Positions 40,029 to 49,174 of a stretch of 64,000 nucleotides of DNA are shown piece after piece. The notes beneath the pieces are model-generated. The model saw nothing but the letters and a program-made list of their open reading frames with translations, was not told where the DNA came from and searched no databases. Made by a program: the position numbers and the translations under genes. Origin of the DNA: Candidatus Uhrbacteria bacterium (GTDB lineage Bacteria; Patescibacteriota; Patescibacteriia; UBA9934); the NCBI GenBank assembly GCA_018664485.1, contig JABJOE010000005.1:15581-79580 (forward strand). Direction: 5' to 3'. How positions within the stretch are numbered: the stretch's first letter is position 1; the number at the start of each line of letters is the position of its first letter.

Positions 40029-41054
40029 ATGGCTATCTGGTGGATCTATCCAATTATCGCAAGTTTTCTCTTATCTCTTCTACTGAGCGACGTTGGTCGT
40101 AGTTTTGGGCGAAGGTTAGGTTTTTTGGATCGACCTGCAAAACCCCGCAAGCAACATAAGGGAGGGATTTCAACATTAGGTGGCGTCGCTGTCTTCATAG
40201 CTTTTTCAATTGTCGTCCTTGCTGTGCTATTGATGACCGATCATTTTACATTAGGTGAGATATCTCATAACCATTTCATTGGATTTCTCATCGGAGGTTT
40301 TGTGTTGATTGTCGGCGGTTTAGTTGATGACAGATATGATCTTGCACCGAAGTATTCCATTTTGTTTCCAGTAGCCGCGGCGCTCTTAGCTGCAGGTTTT
40401 GGTATAGGAGTGTCTAAGATTACAAATCCTCTCGGTGGTTTTTTTGAGATTAGTGAATTGTTATCATTTATTGTTACCTTTTTATGGTTACTTGGTGTGA
40501 TGTATACAACTAAGCTCCTCGACGGCCTAGACGGTCTTGCAGGAGGCGTGAGTGCCATTGGAATGCTTATTGTAGCTTCGCTTGCTCTGAGCGTTGCGTT
40601 CTATCAGCCTGACGTTGCATTGCTCGCACTTATCGGCTGCGCGGCACTAGTAGGATTTCTTGTATGGAATACTCATCCGGCTTCATTATTCCTGGGTGAA
40701 GGGGGAAGCACACTGGTTGGATACATGCTCGCAGTTATGGCTGTGATAGCAGGGTCTAAGATAGCGACAACATTACTAGTCGTTGCAATCCCACTTTTTG
40801 ATATTATATTCGTTGTTTGGGATCGAAAGATGGCGGGCCACTCGGTAACAAAAGGAGATCGTCGTCATCTGCATCAACGTCTTCGTGATAGCGGTTGGTC
40901 AATTCAGAAAGTAGTTTGGTTTTATTATATTGTCGCTTTAGCTTTCGGGCTTACTACGCTTATCTTTGAAAGTTGGCAGAAGTTAGTTGCTCTCGTGGTG
41001 TTGTTCGCGATAACTTTCATTGTCATCCGTGCCGTTTCAATTAAGAAAGTATGA
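40029..41054 (+). CDS. Undecaprenyl-phosphate GlcNAc-1-phosphate transferase (WecA/TagO, glycosyl transferase family 4)
   Basis: RKQH...LGG, GLVDD, DGLDGLAGG, FLGEGGS, DRRHLHQRL. Confidence 0.9.
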   Translation: MAIWWIYPIIASFLLSLLLSDVGRSFGRRLGFLDRPAKPRKQHKGGISTLGGVAVFIAFSIVVLAVLLMTDHFTLGEISHNHFIGFLIGGFVLIVGGLVDDRYDLAPKYSILFPVAAALLAAGFGIGVSKITNPLGGFFEISELLSFIVTFLWLLGVMYTTKLLDGLDGLAGGVSAIGMLIVASLALSVAFYQPDVALLALIGCAALVGFLVWNTHPASLFLGEGGSTLVGYMLAVMAVIAGSKIATTLLVVAIPLFDIIFVVWDRKMAGHSVTKGDRRHLHQRLRDSGWSIQKVVWFYYIVALAFGLTTLIFESWQKLVALVVLFAITFIVIRAVSIKKV

Positions 41055-41563
41055 CTCGCCCAATCGATTCTGTTTTAGCTCTCGGTGACCTCATAGTAAA
41101 TTTCATTGTGCTAGCTGCCTATTATGTGGGAGTGATTTTTGGATCAGTTGCTTCGATTGCTCCGAGTATCGTTGCAGATGACTTTAACTTTGATACTATT
41201 GCGGTTAAGGATGCCTCGCTCAATGTATGGATCGCAAAAAGTGATACAGAGCAGAGAAACGGACTTTCTTTTTTTGAAATGCATCAGTTGGAATCTCGAA
41301 ACATTGATGGAATGCTATTTGTATACGAAGATAGTTCTGTAGCAAATTTTTGGATGCGCGGGATGCAATTTGATTTAGATTTTGTTTGGATTAAAAGTGG
41401 GGAAGTCGTAAAGATTGATGAGAATATTTTATCTCCCGCAAATAACAATGGTGATACGATGACAATTTCGTCGGATCCGTATGAGGTAGGTGCTGTTTTA
41501 GAGTTGCCAGCAGGGCAGGTAGATACTTTAGATATCAAAGTCGGAGATAGCGTTGAATTTTAA
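41051..41563 (+). CDS. DUF192 family protein
   Basis: GMLFVY, FWMRGMQFDLDFVWI, VLELPAG. Confidence 0.88.
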   Translation: MTRPIDSVLALGDLIVNFIVLAAYYVGVIFGSVASIAPSIVADDFNFDTIAVKDASLNVWIAKSDTEQRNGLSFFEMHQLESRNIDGMLFVYEDSSVANFWMRGMQFDLDFVWIKSGEVVKIDENILSPANNNGDTMTISSDPYEVGAVLELPAGQVDTLDIKVGDSVEF

Positions 41564-41620
41564 TAGATGCACGAAAACCCCAGGCACGAATACCATGGGG
41601 CCGAGACGGAGGGCTTCATT

Positions 41621-42022
41621 CTACAGGTATGAGCCTGAGAGTATGCCGAGAAAATAGAATGCGATCATACTGAGAAGTATCGCGCCAAGTACATGGCCAT
41701 GGAGATACATTCTCATGAATTTTCCAAACTGATTATTCCTGAGCCGATGGAAGTGCGTTTGCCAGTCGCTGTTGTAGCGATGGAATTCGTAGACATCGTC
41801 CGAGATCTTGAGTTGGCTCGTAGGGTCTTGATCCGGGAATTCAAGCATATAGTGGTTGAAGAGTTCACAAAATTCCTCACTCTCGTATGCTGAGTCGAGA
41901 ATGTACCAGGTGAGCATTCTCCTAAGCACCCACTCTCGATACGTGGTAAGTGGGTGGAGGGCTACGTTTGCGATGGTCATCAAGATGCCACGATGCTCTT
42001 CGGCGCCATTACCGGGATTCAT
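41621..42022 (-). CDS. Hypothetical orphan protein with a C-terminal TM helix
   Basis: 133-aa ORF; TTGACA at 42113-42108. Confidence 0.65.
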   Translation of the reverse strand: MNPGNGAEEHRGILMTIANVALHPLTTYREWVLRRMLTWYILDSAYESEEFCELFNHYMLEFPDQDPTSQLKISDDVYEFHRYNSDWQTHFHRLRNNQFGKFMRMYLHGHVLGAILLSMIAFYFLGILSGSYL

Positions 42023-42240
42023 AATCTACCAACTTATGGGAACGTGGTGAATGTACAGATTGCGGACGAGGTGTCCGACGCAGAAGTTTGCCATTTCTTA
42101 GTGTTATTGTCAATATATAGGGCTATTGCTTGACGAGAAGGGGGTTATTTGCTATTCTTTTGCCGTTAAATAAGGAACGCCTGCTAAGGTTATAAATCGT
42201 CATAGACGTGCCAATTGCAGCGATAATCCCACACTTGCGT

Positions 42241-42549
42241 ATGTTTGCAGTAATCAAAACTGGAGGAAAGCAGTATCTTGTAGAGGAAGGGCAAGAGTTG
42301 CGAATTGAGAAGCTAGAGTTGGAAGATGGTGCAAAGGTTGAGTTCGATGCCTTGCTCGTATCTGATGACGAAGGAAAAGATACTAAAGTTGGTGCGCCAA
42401 CTACTGGTATAAAGGTAGTAGCTTCTGTTGTTGAAACTCGAAAGGATAAGAAGGTTTCAGTGATCAAGTACAAGCCGAAGACTCGTTACCGACGTAACGT
42501 TGGTCACCGTCAGATCCTGACAAAGATCAAAATTGAGAAGATCGGATAG
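42241..42549 (+). CDS. rplU: 50S ribosomal protein L21
   Basis: MFAVIKTGGKQYLV...GHRQ. Confidence 0.97.
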   Translation: MFAVIKTGGKQYLVEEGQELRIEKLELEDGAKVEFDALLVSDDEGKDTKVGAPTTGIKVVASVVETRKDKKVSVIKYKPKTRYRRNVGHRQILTKIKIEKIG

Positions 42550-42644
42550 AAAAAAGAGGCCTTCGGGTCTCTTTTTGATTATCCGATCTTTGGTGTCGGG
42601 GTGGAGGGTATTATATTTTAATTTTCATACATTAGGCGCTAAAA

Positions 42645-42665
42645 ATACGCAACCGGGTTGCGTAT
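42645..42665. repeat. Second copy of the 21-nt hairpin
   Basis: Identical to 21195-21215. Confidence 0.85.
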
Positions 42666-42762
42666 AGTAAAGGTGGGTAGTATTGACCGTTTGGTCATTT
42701 TTTGATAAAACGCGCTAGCACTTAGGAGGTGGCATATTAACAGAGTAAACGATCGGACGACC

Positions 42763-43650
42763 GTGAAGGTCCTTCGATATCTCATCGCTTCAATCTTGAC
42801 CGGTTTGGTCATAACAACTTGCGGAGTACTCATCCTCGGATCGGTTTGGAAAGCCTGGTACGTCTATCTGGTTCTTTTTCTCCTGCCCGGCATGCCGAAT
42901 CCGGCGAATCTCATGGCTTGGCCATGGAGCGCTGGAATCACGCATTCGATGCGGTGGCTGTTGAAGATCAATCTCGTGGTCAAGAACCATACGGATCTCC
43001 CACGCGGACGACCAGTAGTCCTGATCTGCAATCATCCGCCAGCGGCGTTCTTCCCGATCCTCGTGTGGGCGTCGATGACGAACCTTCGCTTGCTCCCGGT
43101 AGTTGTGAGCAAGGCGAGTAATCTGTGGAACGCGCTTCTGGCGATAGTGATTTTTCCGTCACTCGTGATGAAGGCTCTGATGGTGACGACGCGTGGCAAT
43201 GGGTGGGGTGCGTGGCTTGTCGAGAAACTCTCGCGGCTGATGGTGACTCGCTGGTCTATGCTGATTATCTTTGCCGACGCTCATCGTCCTGAGTCGAAAA
43301 AGGCTCTTGCCGACTACGAGCGCATGGTGGAGGTTGTGCCCAGTATTCAGTATCAAGATAGACTCGGCGCGTATCACTATGCGGGTGTGTATTCTGCACT
43401 GAAGGCACTTGGGCTCAATGCTTCGGTAGTCGCGGCTACAATGTCGTTCCCTCGTGGAGCTACTGGTTGGAAAGCTCCGTGGCGTGTGTACGGTGAAACG
43501 ATCGCCATTCGTATACGCGACGTGACACACATCTTTCAGTCAGCGATGCTTGAGGAGGTGGGTGAGGGTGGGCGACCTACAAAGTTCATCGAAGCTATCA
43601 ATGATCTCGCATGTGATGAGGACTCTTGGATCATCACTCGAAATCGCTAG
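42763..43650 (+). CDS. Divergent PlsC/lysophospholipid acyltransferase-like membrane protein
   Basis: PVVLICNH (block I), SK (block II), LIIFADAHR (in place of FPEGTR). Confidence 0.55.
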   Translation: MKVLRYLIASILTGLVITTCGVLILGSVWKAWYVYLVLFLLPGMPNPANLMAWPWSAGITHSMRWLLKINLVVKNHTDLPRGRPVVLICNHPPAAFFPILVWASMTNLRLLPVVVSKASNLWNALLAIVIFPSLVMKALMVTTRGNGWGAWLVEKLSRLMVTRWSMLIIFADAHRPESKKALADYERMVEVVPSIQYQDRLGAYHYAGVYSALKALGLNASVVAATMSFPRGATGWKAPWRVYGETIAIRIRDVTHIFQSAMLEEVGEGGRPTKFIEAINDLACDEDSWIITRNR

Positions 43651-43719
43651 AGTGCCATATGTCGGCAAAACGACTTACGACCGCCCATCTCCGGGCGGTC
43701 GTTGTGCATCTGCGTGGAT

Positions 43720-44367
43720 TTATTTGCTGTAAAGCCTTTCAAATATTTTGCTTGCTGGCGTATTTACTAAATCAGCTGCCGTTTCTTTTGTTAGCTCTTT
43801 GTAGCGTTTTATTATTTTAAAACCAAGGCTGTATCCAGTCCACTTTTTTATACCAAGATCGTCTGATCCATAAAACCATGCAGCATGATTGTAATCTTGA
43901 TGAAACTCTTTTTTTGCCATTTTTTCTGTTGTGACAAGTTCTTCAGTGGTTAGATTTGTTGCCCAGGGCTCAGCTTCGCCACCCGTTACTTCAAGTTGAA
44001 AATGGTCGGCGAGACCTTCTGTGACCAATGCTTCAAATAACGTTTCACCGTATCCGGGGCTCTGCCATCTCAAACAGTGGTGACCTTCATGAAGAATTGT
44101 TTTCCGAATTCCTTCTGAAAGGGCGTGTTCTAATTTGTCTGAATTAACATCCAGGTAAAGGTAGATTGTATTCTCGCTCGAGCTATATCCTCCGGATCCA
44201 ACTTCTGGAATAACACTCGGTGGATTGTTTTCAACGATTACATCAATATTATCAATTGTAAGGTGTTCATTGAATAAAATGAATGCATTATCAATTTCTG
44301 ATTTTATACGATCTAAGTATTTATCGAAGTGCCCAGCACTGTTGAGTATATGGGTTTTTATTGCCAT
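43720..44367 (-). CDS. DUF2268-type putative Zn-dependent protease
   Basis: HEGHH...EGLADHF, W.GYSLG. Confidence 0.85.
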   Translation of the reverse strand: MAIKTHILNSAGHFDKYLDRIKSEIDNAFILFNEHLTIDNIDVIVENNPPSVIPEVGSGGYSSSENTIYLYLDVNSDKLEHALSEGIRKTILHEGHHCLRWQSPGYGETLFEALVTEGLADHFQLEVTGGEAEPWATNLTTEELVTTEKMAKKEFHQDYNHAAWFYGSDDLGIKKWTGYSLGFKIIKRYKELTKETAADLVNTPASKIFERLYSK

Positions 44368-44383
44368 AATTTCAGTTTATTAC

Positions 44384-44983
44384 TTACACATCCCTCCGCC
44401 CTGTAAGGGCATCACTCAACGTTACTTCATCTGCATATTCTAAATCGGCTCCGAGTGGGAGTCCACGGGCAAGGCGGGTTACTCGTCGCTCTGCTGACTT
44501 TAACTGGCGGGAGAGATACATCATTGTTGTCTCTCCATGAACATCCGGTGAAAAGGCTAGGATTAGTTCTTTAATCGCTGGCTCATCGCGTAAACGATCA
44601 AGTAGTTTATCAAAATTGAGTGTCTCAGGCGTTTGTCCTTCAATAGGGTTCAACGTACCACCAAGTACAAAGTAGCGGCCTTTGAAAGCTCCAGTCGCTT
44701 CAATGGTAGAAATGTCACGAGACTCTGATACAACGCATAACATCGTATCTGTTCGTGATTTGTCGCGGCATAGGGTGCATGTAGGTTCTTCTGAATATGC
44801 AAAACATCGCCCGCATCGACTAATCTGTGCTAGACCCAAAACAGCCTGCGCCAACTGTTCCCGTTGATGCGATGACATACGCAGCAAGGCAAAGGTATAG
44901 CGAAGGGCTGTCTTTGGTCCGACGCCCGGAAAAGAAGTGAGTGCGGCGACGGCACGGTGAATTGGTGCTGGAAACTTTCTCAC
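44384..44983 (-). CDS. recR: Recombination mediator RecR
   Basis: PGVGPKTA HhH, C4 zinc finger, TOPRIM, GLPLGADLEYADEVTL. Confidence 0.97.
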   Translation of the reverse strand: MRKFPAPIHRAVAALTSFPGVGPKTALRYTFALLRMSSHQREQLAQAVLGLAQISRCGRCFAYSEEPTCTLCRDKSRTDTMLCVVSESRDISTIEATGAFKGRYFVLGGTLNPIEGQTPETLNFDKLLDRLRDEPAIKELILAFSPDVHGETTMMYLSRQLKSAERRVTRLARGLPLGADLEYADEVTLSDALTGRRDV

Positions 44984-45018
44984 GGAACTATAACGTTATT
45001 GTAATTTGGTTCTTATTC

Positions 45019-45312
45019 CTACCCCATCATGTCTTTAAAAGCATCGAGGCCTCCCATGTCTTTCATCTTTGCCGCCATTTCACGCTGAAGCTTCTTACTT
45101 GCATCGTTGAGAGCATCTTTCACGGCGCTGGCGATCTTTTCATTACTCATCTCACCTTCGATCTTTACACCTTGGCACTGCTGGTTTCCGTCAATTGTCA
45201 CCATGACATCTCCGCCAGCTGCCTTACCAACAACCATAACTTCGGCAAGAGCCGCTTGCATGATTTTGGCCTGAGAGCGCATGTCTTTGATTTGTTTGAT
45301 TTTGTTAAACAT
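45019..45312 (-). CDS. YbaB/EbfC nucleoid-associated protein
   Basis: GKAAGGDVMVTIDGNQ, directly upstream of recR. Confidence 0.92.
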   Translation of the reverse strand: MFNKIKQIKDMRSQAKIMQAALAEVMVVGKAAGGDVMVTIDGNQQCQGVKIEGEMSNEKIASAVKDALNDASKKLQREMAAKMKDMGGLDAFKDMMG

Positions 45313-45316
45313 ATGG

Positions 45317-45348
45317 AAGTCGTTAAGTTTTTAAGTCGCTAAGTCTTT
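45317..45348. repeat. 8-mer tandem array at the 3' flank of the four-helix-bundle gene
   Basis: AAGTCGTT AAGTTTTT AAGTCGCT AAGTCTTT. Confidence 0.75.
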
Positions 45349-45707
45349 GAGGCTGAAATTCGTTTGATATGTATATTTATACCAGCAGCCAAGCCCTCAT
45401 ACCGTGATGTTAATTGGGCGTAGTGGGAAGTATCTAGAAAATTAAGATCTTTTGCAAGCTCTAATTGTGATAATAGCTCTTGTATCGAGCCTCGAGAGAA
45501 GATGAAGAAGCGGATTCGTTCTTTTGTTGATTGGCGTCCCATACCTTCTGCAATGTTGGACCCTACCGATACTGATGCACGACGCATTTGAGATATCAAG
45601 CCAAAACGTTCAACTTGTGGAAAATCGGATGTTACTTGATATGTCTTGATGCACAGCTTGTGCGCTTCTTGCCAAGTGCGTAAATCGCGGAATGAACGGA
45701 TTGTCAT
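45339..45707 (-). CDS. Four-helix bundle protein (23S rRNA-IVP / bAvd-like family)
   Basis: SFRDL..WQ.A, FP..ERFGL.SQMRRASVSV.SNIAEG, RGS..E; alternative GTG start at 45719. Confidence 0.92.
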   Translation of the reverse strand: MTIRSFRDLRTWQEAHKLCIKTYQVTSDFPQVERFGLISQMRRASVSVGSNIAEGMGRQSTKERIRFFIFSRGSIQELLSQLELAKDLNFLDTSHYAQLTSRYEGLAAGINIHIKRISASKT

Positions 45708-45713
45708 GTTATC

Positions 45714-45753
45714 TGACACTTAACGACTTAACTACTCAATTACTAAGCGACTT
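45714..45753. repeat. 8-mer tandem array at the 5' flank, inverted relative to 45317-45348
   Basis: TGACACTT AACGACTT AACTACTC AATTACTA AGCGACTT. Confidence 0.75.
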
Positions 45754-45761
45754 TTGTAATT

Positions 45762-47201
45762 TTATCCTTTCGGTGGGATTCCAGGAGGCAATCCTACATT
45801 CGGGTTTGGACCTTTAGACGGAGCACCAACTGGAACTGGGTTTGGAGCAGGCGCACTGTGATTCTCCATATTTTTGAAACTTGCACGAGTCTTATCGAAA
45901 AACAAGCGAACAATCCCGGTTGGACCGTTACGATGTTTAGCGATATGAAGCTCAGCAAGGTTCTTTTCTTCAGGCGTTAACTCATCTGGCTGATAGTTTC
46001 TGTCTGCCGCCTTACGATACAGGAAAAGCACAACATCCGCATCCTGCTCAATTGACCCAGACTCACGAAGATGAGATAGCTTAGGAATTGCCGGTTTAAT
46101 GGACTCAACAGCACGAGAGAGCTGTGCAAGCGCCAGTACTGGTACTTCGAGCTCACGACCGATCTGTTTAAGGCCTCGAGAGATCTCAGCAACTTCGTTT
46201 ACACGGTTTTCACTATTTCGTGAGCGACCTTCCATGAGCTGTAGATAATCGATAACAATTAGCGACAGTCCATGCTCTGCTTTAAGTCGTCGAGCCTTAG
46301 CGCGAAGCGACATGATGTTTGCAACCGGAGTGTCGTCAATGTAAATAGGAGCCTCTGAGAGTGATGCCAGAGCCTCTCCAATGCGAGGGAAATCATCATC
46401 ACGATCTGAAAGACGACCAGTACGGAGTTTCCAAAGGTCAACGTTAGCCTCGGCACATATCAAACGATCCACAAGCTGCTCCTTTGCCATCTCGAGCGAG
46501 AAGAAACCGACTGGAGCATTCTGTCTAACTGAAACATTTCGAATAATATCAAGGGCCAAACTAGTTTTTCCAACGGAAGGACGCGCAGCGAGAATAATAA
46601 GGTCTGCTTTTTGGAAGCCGGCGAGTAGATTGTCGAGTCCTTTGAATCCAGTTGCAATTCCACGAAGCTTTCCGCGTTCACGGTGAAGCTCGTCAATACG
46701 ATCAAACGCTCCGGTCAAAACTGAGCGGATGGCAACGAACGTTTTCTGAATGAAACCTGACGACACATCAAAAAGTTTCTGCTCTGCGCTGTCGATGACC
46801 AAGTCAATGTCTTCATTTTCGTCGTATCCGAGTTCTGTAATTTCACTCGCAGCTTTCAACAGTTTTCGAAGTGTAGATTTTTTCTGAATGATTTGCGCGT
46901 AGTTTTTAATGTTTGCAGAAGTGGTTACGGTGTTTGCCAATTCCACAAGTTGCGCCCGTCCACCAACTCGAACAAGTTGCTTCTTTTCTTCAAGTCGGTT
47001 ACCTACAGTTAGAAGATCAATCGGCTGATGACGCTCAAAGAGGTCCAGCATGATATCAAAAACGATGCGATGAGATTCCTTGTAGAAATCTTCAGCATGC
47101 ACAACGTCGAGCACTTTCATCAACGATTCTTGATCAACAAGAATAGCGCCAAGGAGCGACTCTTCCGCTTCAAGATTGTGTGGGGGGATTTTTACAGCCA
47201 T
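45762..47201 (-). CDS. dnaB: Replicative DNA helicase DnaB
   Basis: PPHNLEAE, AARPSVGKT, IDYLQLM, LRESGSIEQDAD, AKHRNGP. Confidence 0.98.
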   Translation of the reverse strand: MAVKIPPHNLEAEESLLGAILVDQESLMKVLDVVHAEDFYKESHRIVFDIMLDLFERHQPIDLLTVGNRLEEKKQLVRVGGRAQLVELANTVTTSANIKNYAQIIQKKSTLRKLLKAASEITELGYDENEDIDLVIDSAEQKLFDVSSGFIQKTFVAIRSVLTGAFDRIDELHRERGKLRGIATGFKGLDNLLAGFQKADLIILAARPSVGKTSLALDIIRNVSVRQNAPVGFFSLEMAKEQLVDRLICAEANVDLWKLRTGRLSDRDDDFPRIGEALASLSEAPIYIDDTPVANIMSLRAKARRLKAEHGLSLIVIDYLQLMEGRSRNSENRVNEVAEISRGLKQIGRELEVPVLALAQLSRAVESIKPAIPKLSHLRESGSIEQDADVVLFLYRKAADRNYQPDELTPEEKNLAELHIAKHRNGPTGIVRLFFDKTRASFKNMENHSAPAPNPVPVGAPSKGPNPNVGLPPGIPPKG

Positions 47202-47307
47202 AAATATATCTATCTTTGTCTGTGACATCTTGACTCAAAAGGTCGTTGCCGGCAAGTGTGTAGACTGGGGATCAACGGTGGACGTTCGTGTTATACTTCT
47301 TGCATAT

Positions 47308-48444
47308 ATGAGGAAACGTACGCAAGCATTCGTCAGAAGCACCCAGGCATTGATCGGATCCGTTATAGGGGTCGGAATTTTTGGTATTCCTTATGTTTTT
47401 GCTCAAGCCGGGGTAGGGATCGGTTTGATTTACTTGATTGTGCTAGGTGGTGTGAACTTGCTGATGCTCCTTGCATACGTAGATATTGTAGTAAACACAA
47501 ACGGTCATCATCGATTAGTCGGAAATGTAAAGGAATATCTGGGAGATCATTGGGGGTGGTTGATGACGATAGCGCTCTTTTTCAGCTCATGGGGAGCGAT
47601 GGTTGCGTACATTATCTTGGGTGGGGAGTTCCTTCATTCGATTATCTATCCATTAACTGGAGGTACAGTTTTCCAGTTTCAAATTTTGTTTGCTGTAGTT
47701 TTTGGCTTTTTGTTGATCGGTGGCTTGAGTATGATTTCCCGCTTGGAAGTCGTATTTGTGTTCGCACTGCTCATCATGTTGGTACTCATTATGGTAGGCG
47801 CTTTGCCGCATGCTGATGTTTCCAATTTGTTGGAGTGGAATACAGAGAGTGCATTCTTGCCGTTTGGAATTGTTCTGTTCGCGTTTGGAGGGTTGGCAGT
47901 GCTACCTGAAATGAAAGACATACTTGGAAAGAATAAAAGTTTACTTAGACCATCTGTTGTTCTTGGGTTTGCGACGATCGCTCTTATGTATGCACTCTTT
48001 GCAACGATAGTAGTGTCTGTTACAGGTGCCGCTACAACACAGGAGGCAATTCTAGGTTTGGGAGAGGTGATTGGTGATTGGGCTGTCACACTTGGTTCAT
48101 TAATTGGGTTTGTAGCTGTAGGAACAAGCTTCTTGATTTTGGGTGTTCAGATCATGAATAGTTTTATGTATGACTATAAACGTCGATACATGCTGTCATG
48201 GGCTTTTGCCGGTGGTGTGCCGGTCGTCGTGTTCTTGCTGGGTGCACGGGACTTTATTGATGTTATCGGATTTACCGGTGGAGTGCTCGCGTCACTCGTT
48301 GGGCTGATTACGATCCGAATGTATTTAAAAGCGAAAGTTCATGCATGCACCCCAAAACGTTGTTTGGCTATTCCTAGCTGGGCAATGTATTTGGCGAGTT
48401 TGATTTTGTTTGCCGGGATGATCGCTACGATCGTCGGGCTTTAG
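47308..48444 (+). CDS. Aromatic amino acid (Trp/Tyr-type) permease
   Basis: IGSVIGVGIFGIPY, multiple TM helices, PFGIVLFAFGG. Confidence 0.88.
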   Translation: MRKRTQAFVRSTQALIGSVIGVGIFGIPYVFAQAGVGIGLIYLIVLGGVNLLMLLAYVDIVVNTNGHHRLVGNVKEYLGDHWGWLMTIALFFSSWGAMVAYIILGGEFLHSIIYPLTGGTVFQFQILFAVVFGFLLIGGLSMISRLEVVFVFALLIMLVLIMVGALPHADVSNLLEWNTESAFLPFGIVLFAFGGLAVLPEMKDILGKNKSLLRPSVVLGFATIALMYALFATIVVSVTGAATTQEAILGLGEVIGDWAVTLGSLIGFVAVGTSFLILGVQIMNSFMYDYKRRYMLSWAFAGGVPVVVFLLGARDFIDVIGFTGGVLASLVGLITIRMYLKAKVHACTPKRCLAIPSWAMYLASLILFAGMIATIVGL

Positions 48445-48534
48445 AGGATGATTTTAATGGCTGAATATAAATATACTACGCTTACTATTTTGGCCTGAAA
48501 TAAGGCTTTTTTTGTTTATTCTAGTCACTTGCTA

Positions 48535-48563
48535 TTGACAAAAGTGCTAATATAGGCTATAGT
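48535..48563 (+). promoter_or_regulatory. sigma70-type promoter of the candidate ncRNA
   Basis: TTGACA-17 nt-TATAGT. Confidence 0.75.
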
Positions 48564-48569
48564 CTTTTT

Positions 48570-49086
48570 ATCAGAATCAGAAAAGAGACATAAACTTCTA
48601 GGACACTGGTTGCGAATCAATACATGGTTCTCGAGCATCGTTCTAGAAGAAGGAGTCTGGCAACATATAAGGTTTGCCACCTATACACCCCAACTGTGGC
48701 TGTGCCAGATGGAGCACACGCTAAACCTGCTGACCTGTTTAAGCTGTCCGCTGTACGACCCCGAGGTCGTCGACTGTAAGATACGATCCCTTCGGGATTC
48801 GTAAGTAGGATGCGCCCCTTGGGAGCGCAAAAGCAGAGTAAGCTCGCTAGTCAATATTGATAAGTATCCGGGTGAGCGGAGTTATCATGGACTGGTAGAT
48901 GCACCCTGAAGAAGGGTTTCTCACCACACGCGGGCCACTTGCCCAATCTGTTGACGAATACGACGAAAATTAGCCTTGGCGATGGCTCTGTTCTTAAGTG
49001 AGCGGGGTCATCGCCCCACGTCTCCTTGTGGGGACGTTCACGTAGTATGCGGCGCCTTCTCATTTGGGGGCGTCGCGTTTATTTTT
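48570..49086 (+). ncRNA. Candidate large structured non-coding RNA (~515 nt), family not recognised
   Basis: Bounded by a promoter and terminator; no credible ORF; at least nine hairpins, several with plus-strand G-U pairs. Confidence 0.6.
49049..49086 (+). terminator. Intrinsic terminator of the candidate ncRNA
   Basis: GCGGCGCCTTC/GGGGGCGTCGC followed by GTTTATTTTT. Confidence 0.75.
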
Positions 49087-49174
49087 GTACGGTAATATGT
49101 AGCTACGATCATCGGGCTTTAAAAATCGCGAGTAAACAAAAAAAAGTCATTTCTGACTTCTTTTTTATATAAAA

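Noticed and set aside
45339-45719. Diversity-generating retroelement suggested by the Avd-like protein
   Set aside because: No reverse transcriptase and no TR/VR pair with adenine-specific mismatches in the window.
48833-48910. THF riboswitch resemblance (GCAGAGTA...TAAGT...GGAGTT...GCAC) near folD
   Set aside because: It lies downstream of and antisense to folD, has no gene to control, and matches only patchily.
48610-49063. Short ORFs 48610-48804 (+), 48624-48779 (+) and 48851-49063 (-)
   Set aside because: No SD or family motifs, and they overlap dense RNA helices; probably spurious.
48570-49086. RNase P RNA, tmRNA or group I/II intron as the identity of the ncRNA
   Set aside because: No GAGGAAAGTCC, no tRNA-like ends, no GTGCG start or domain V, and no recognisable group I core elements on either strand by eye.
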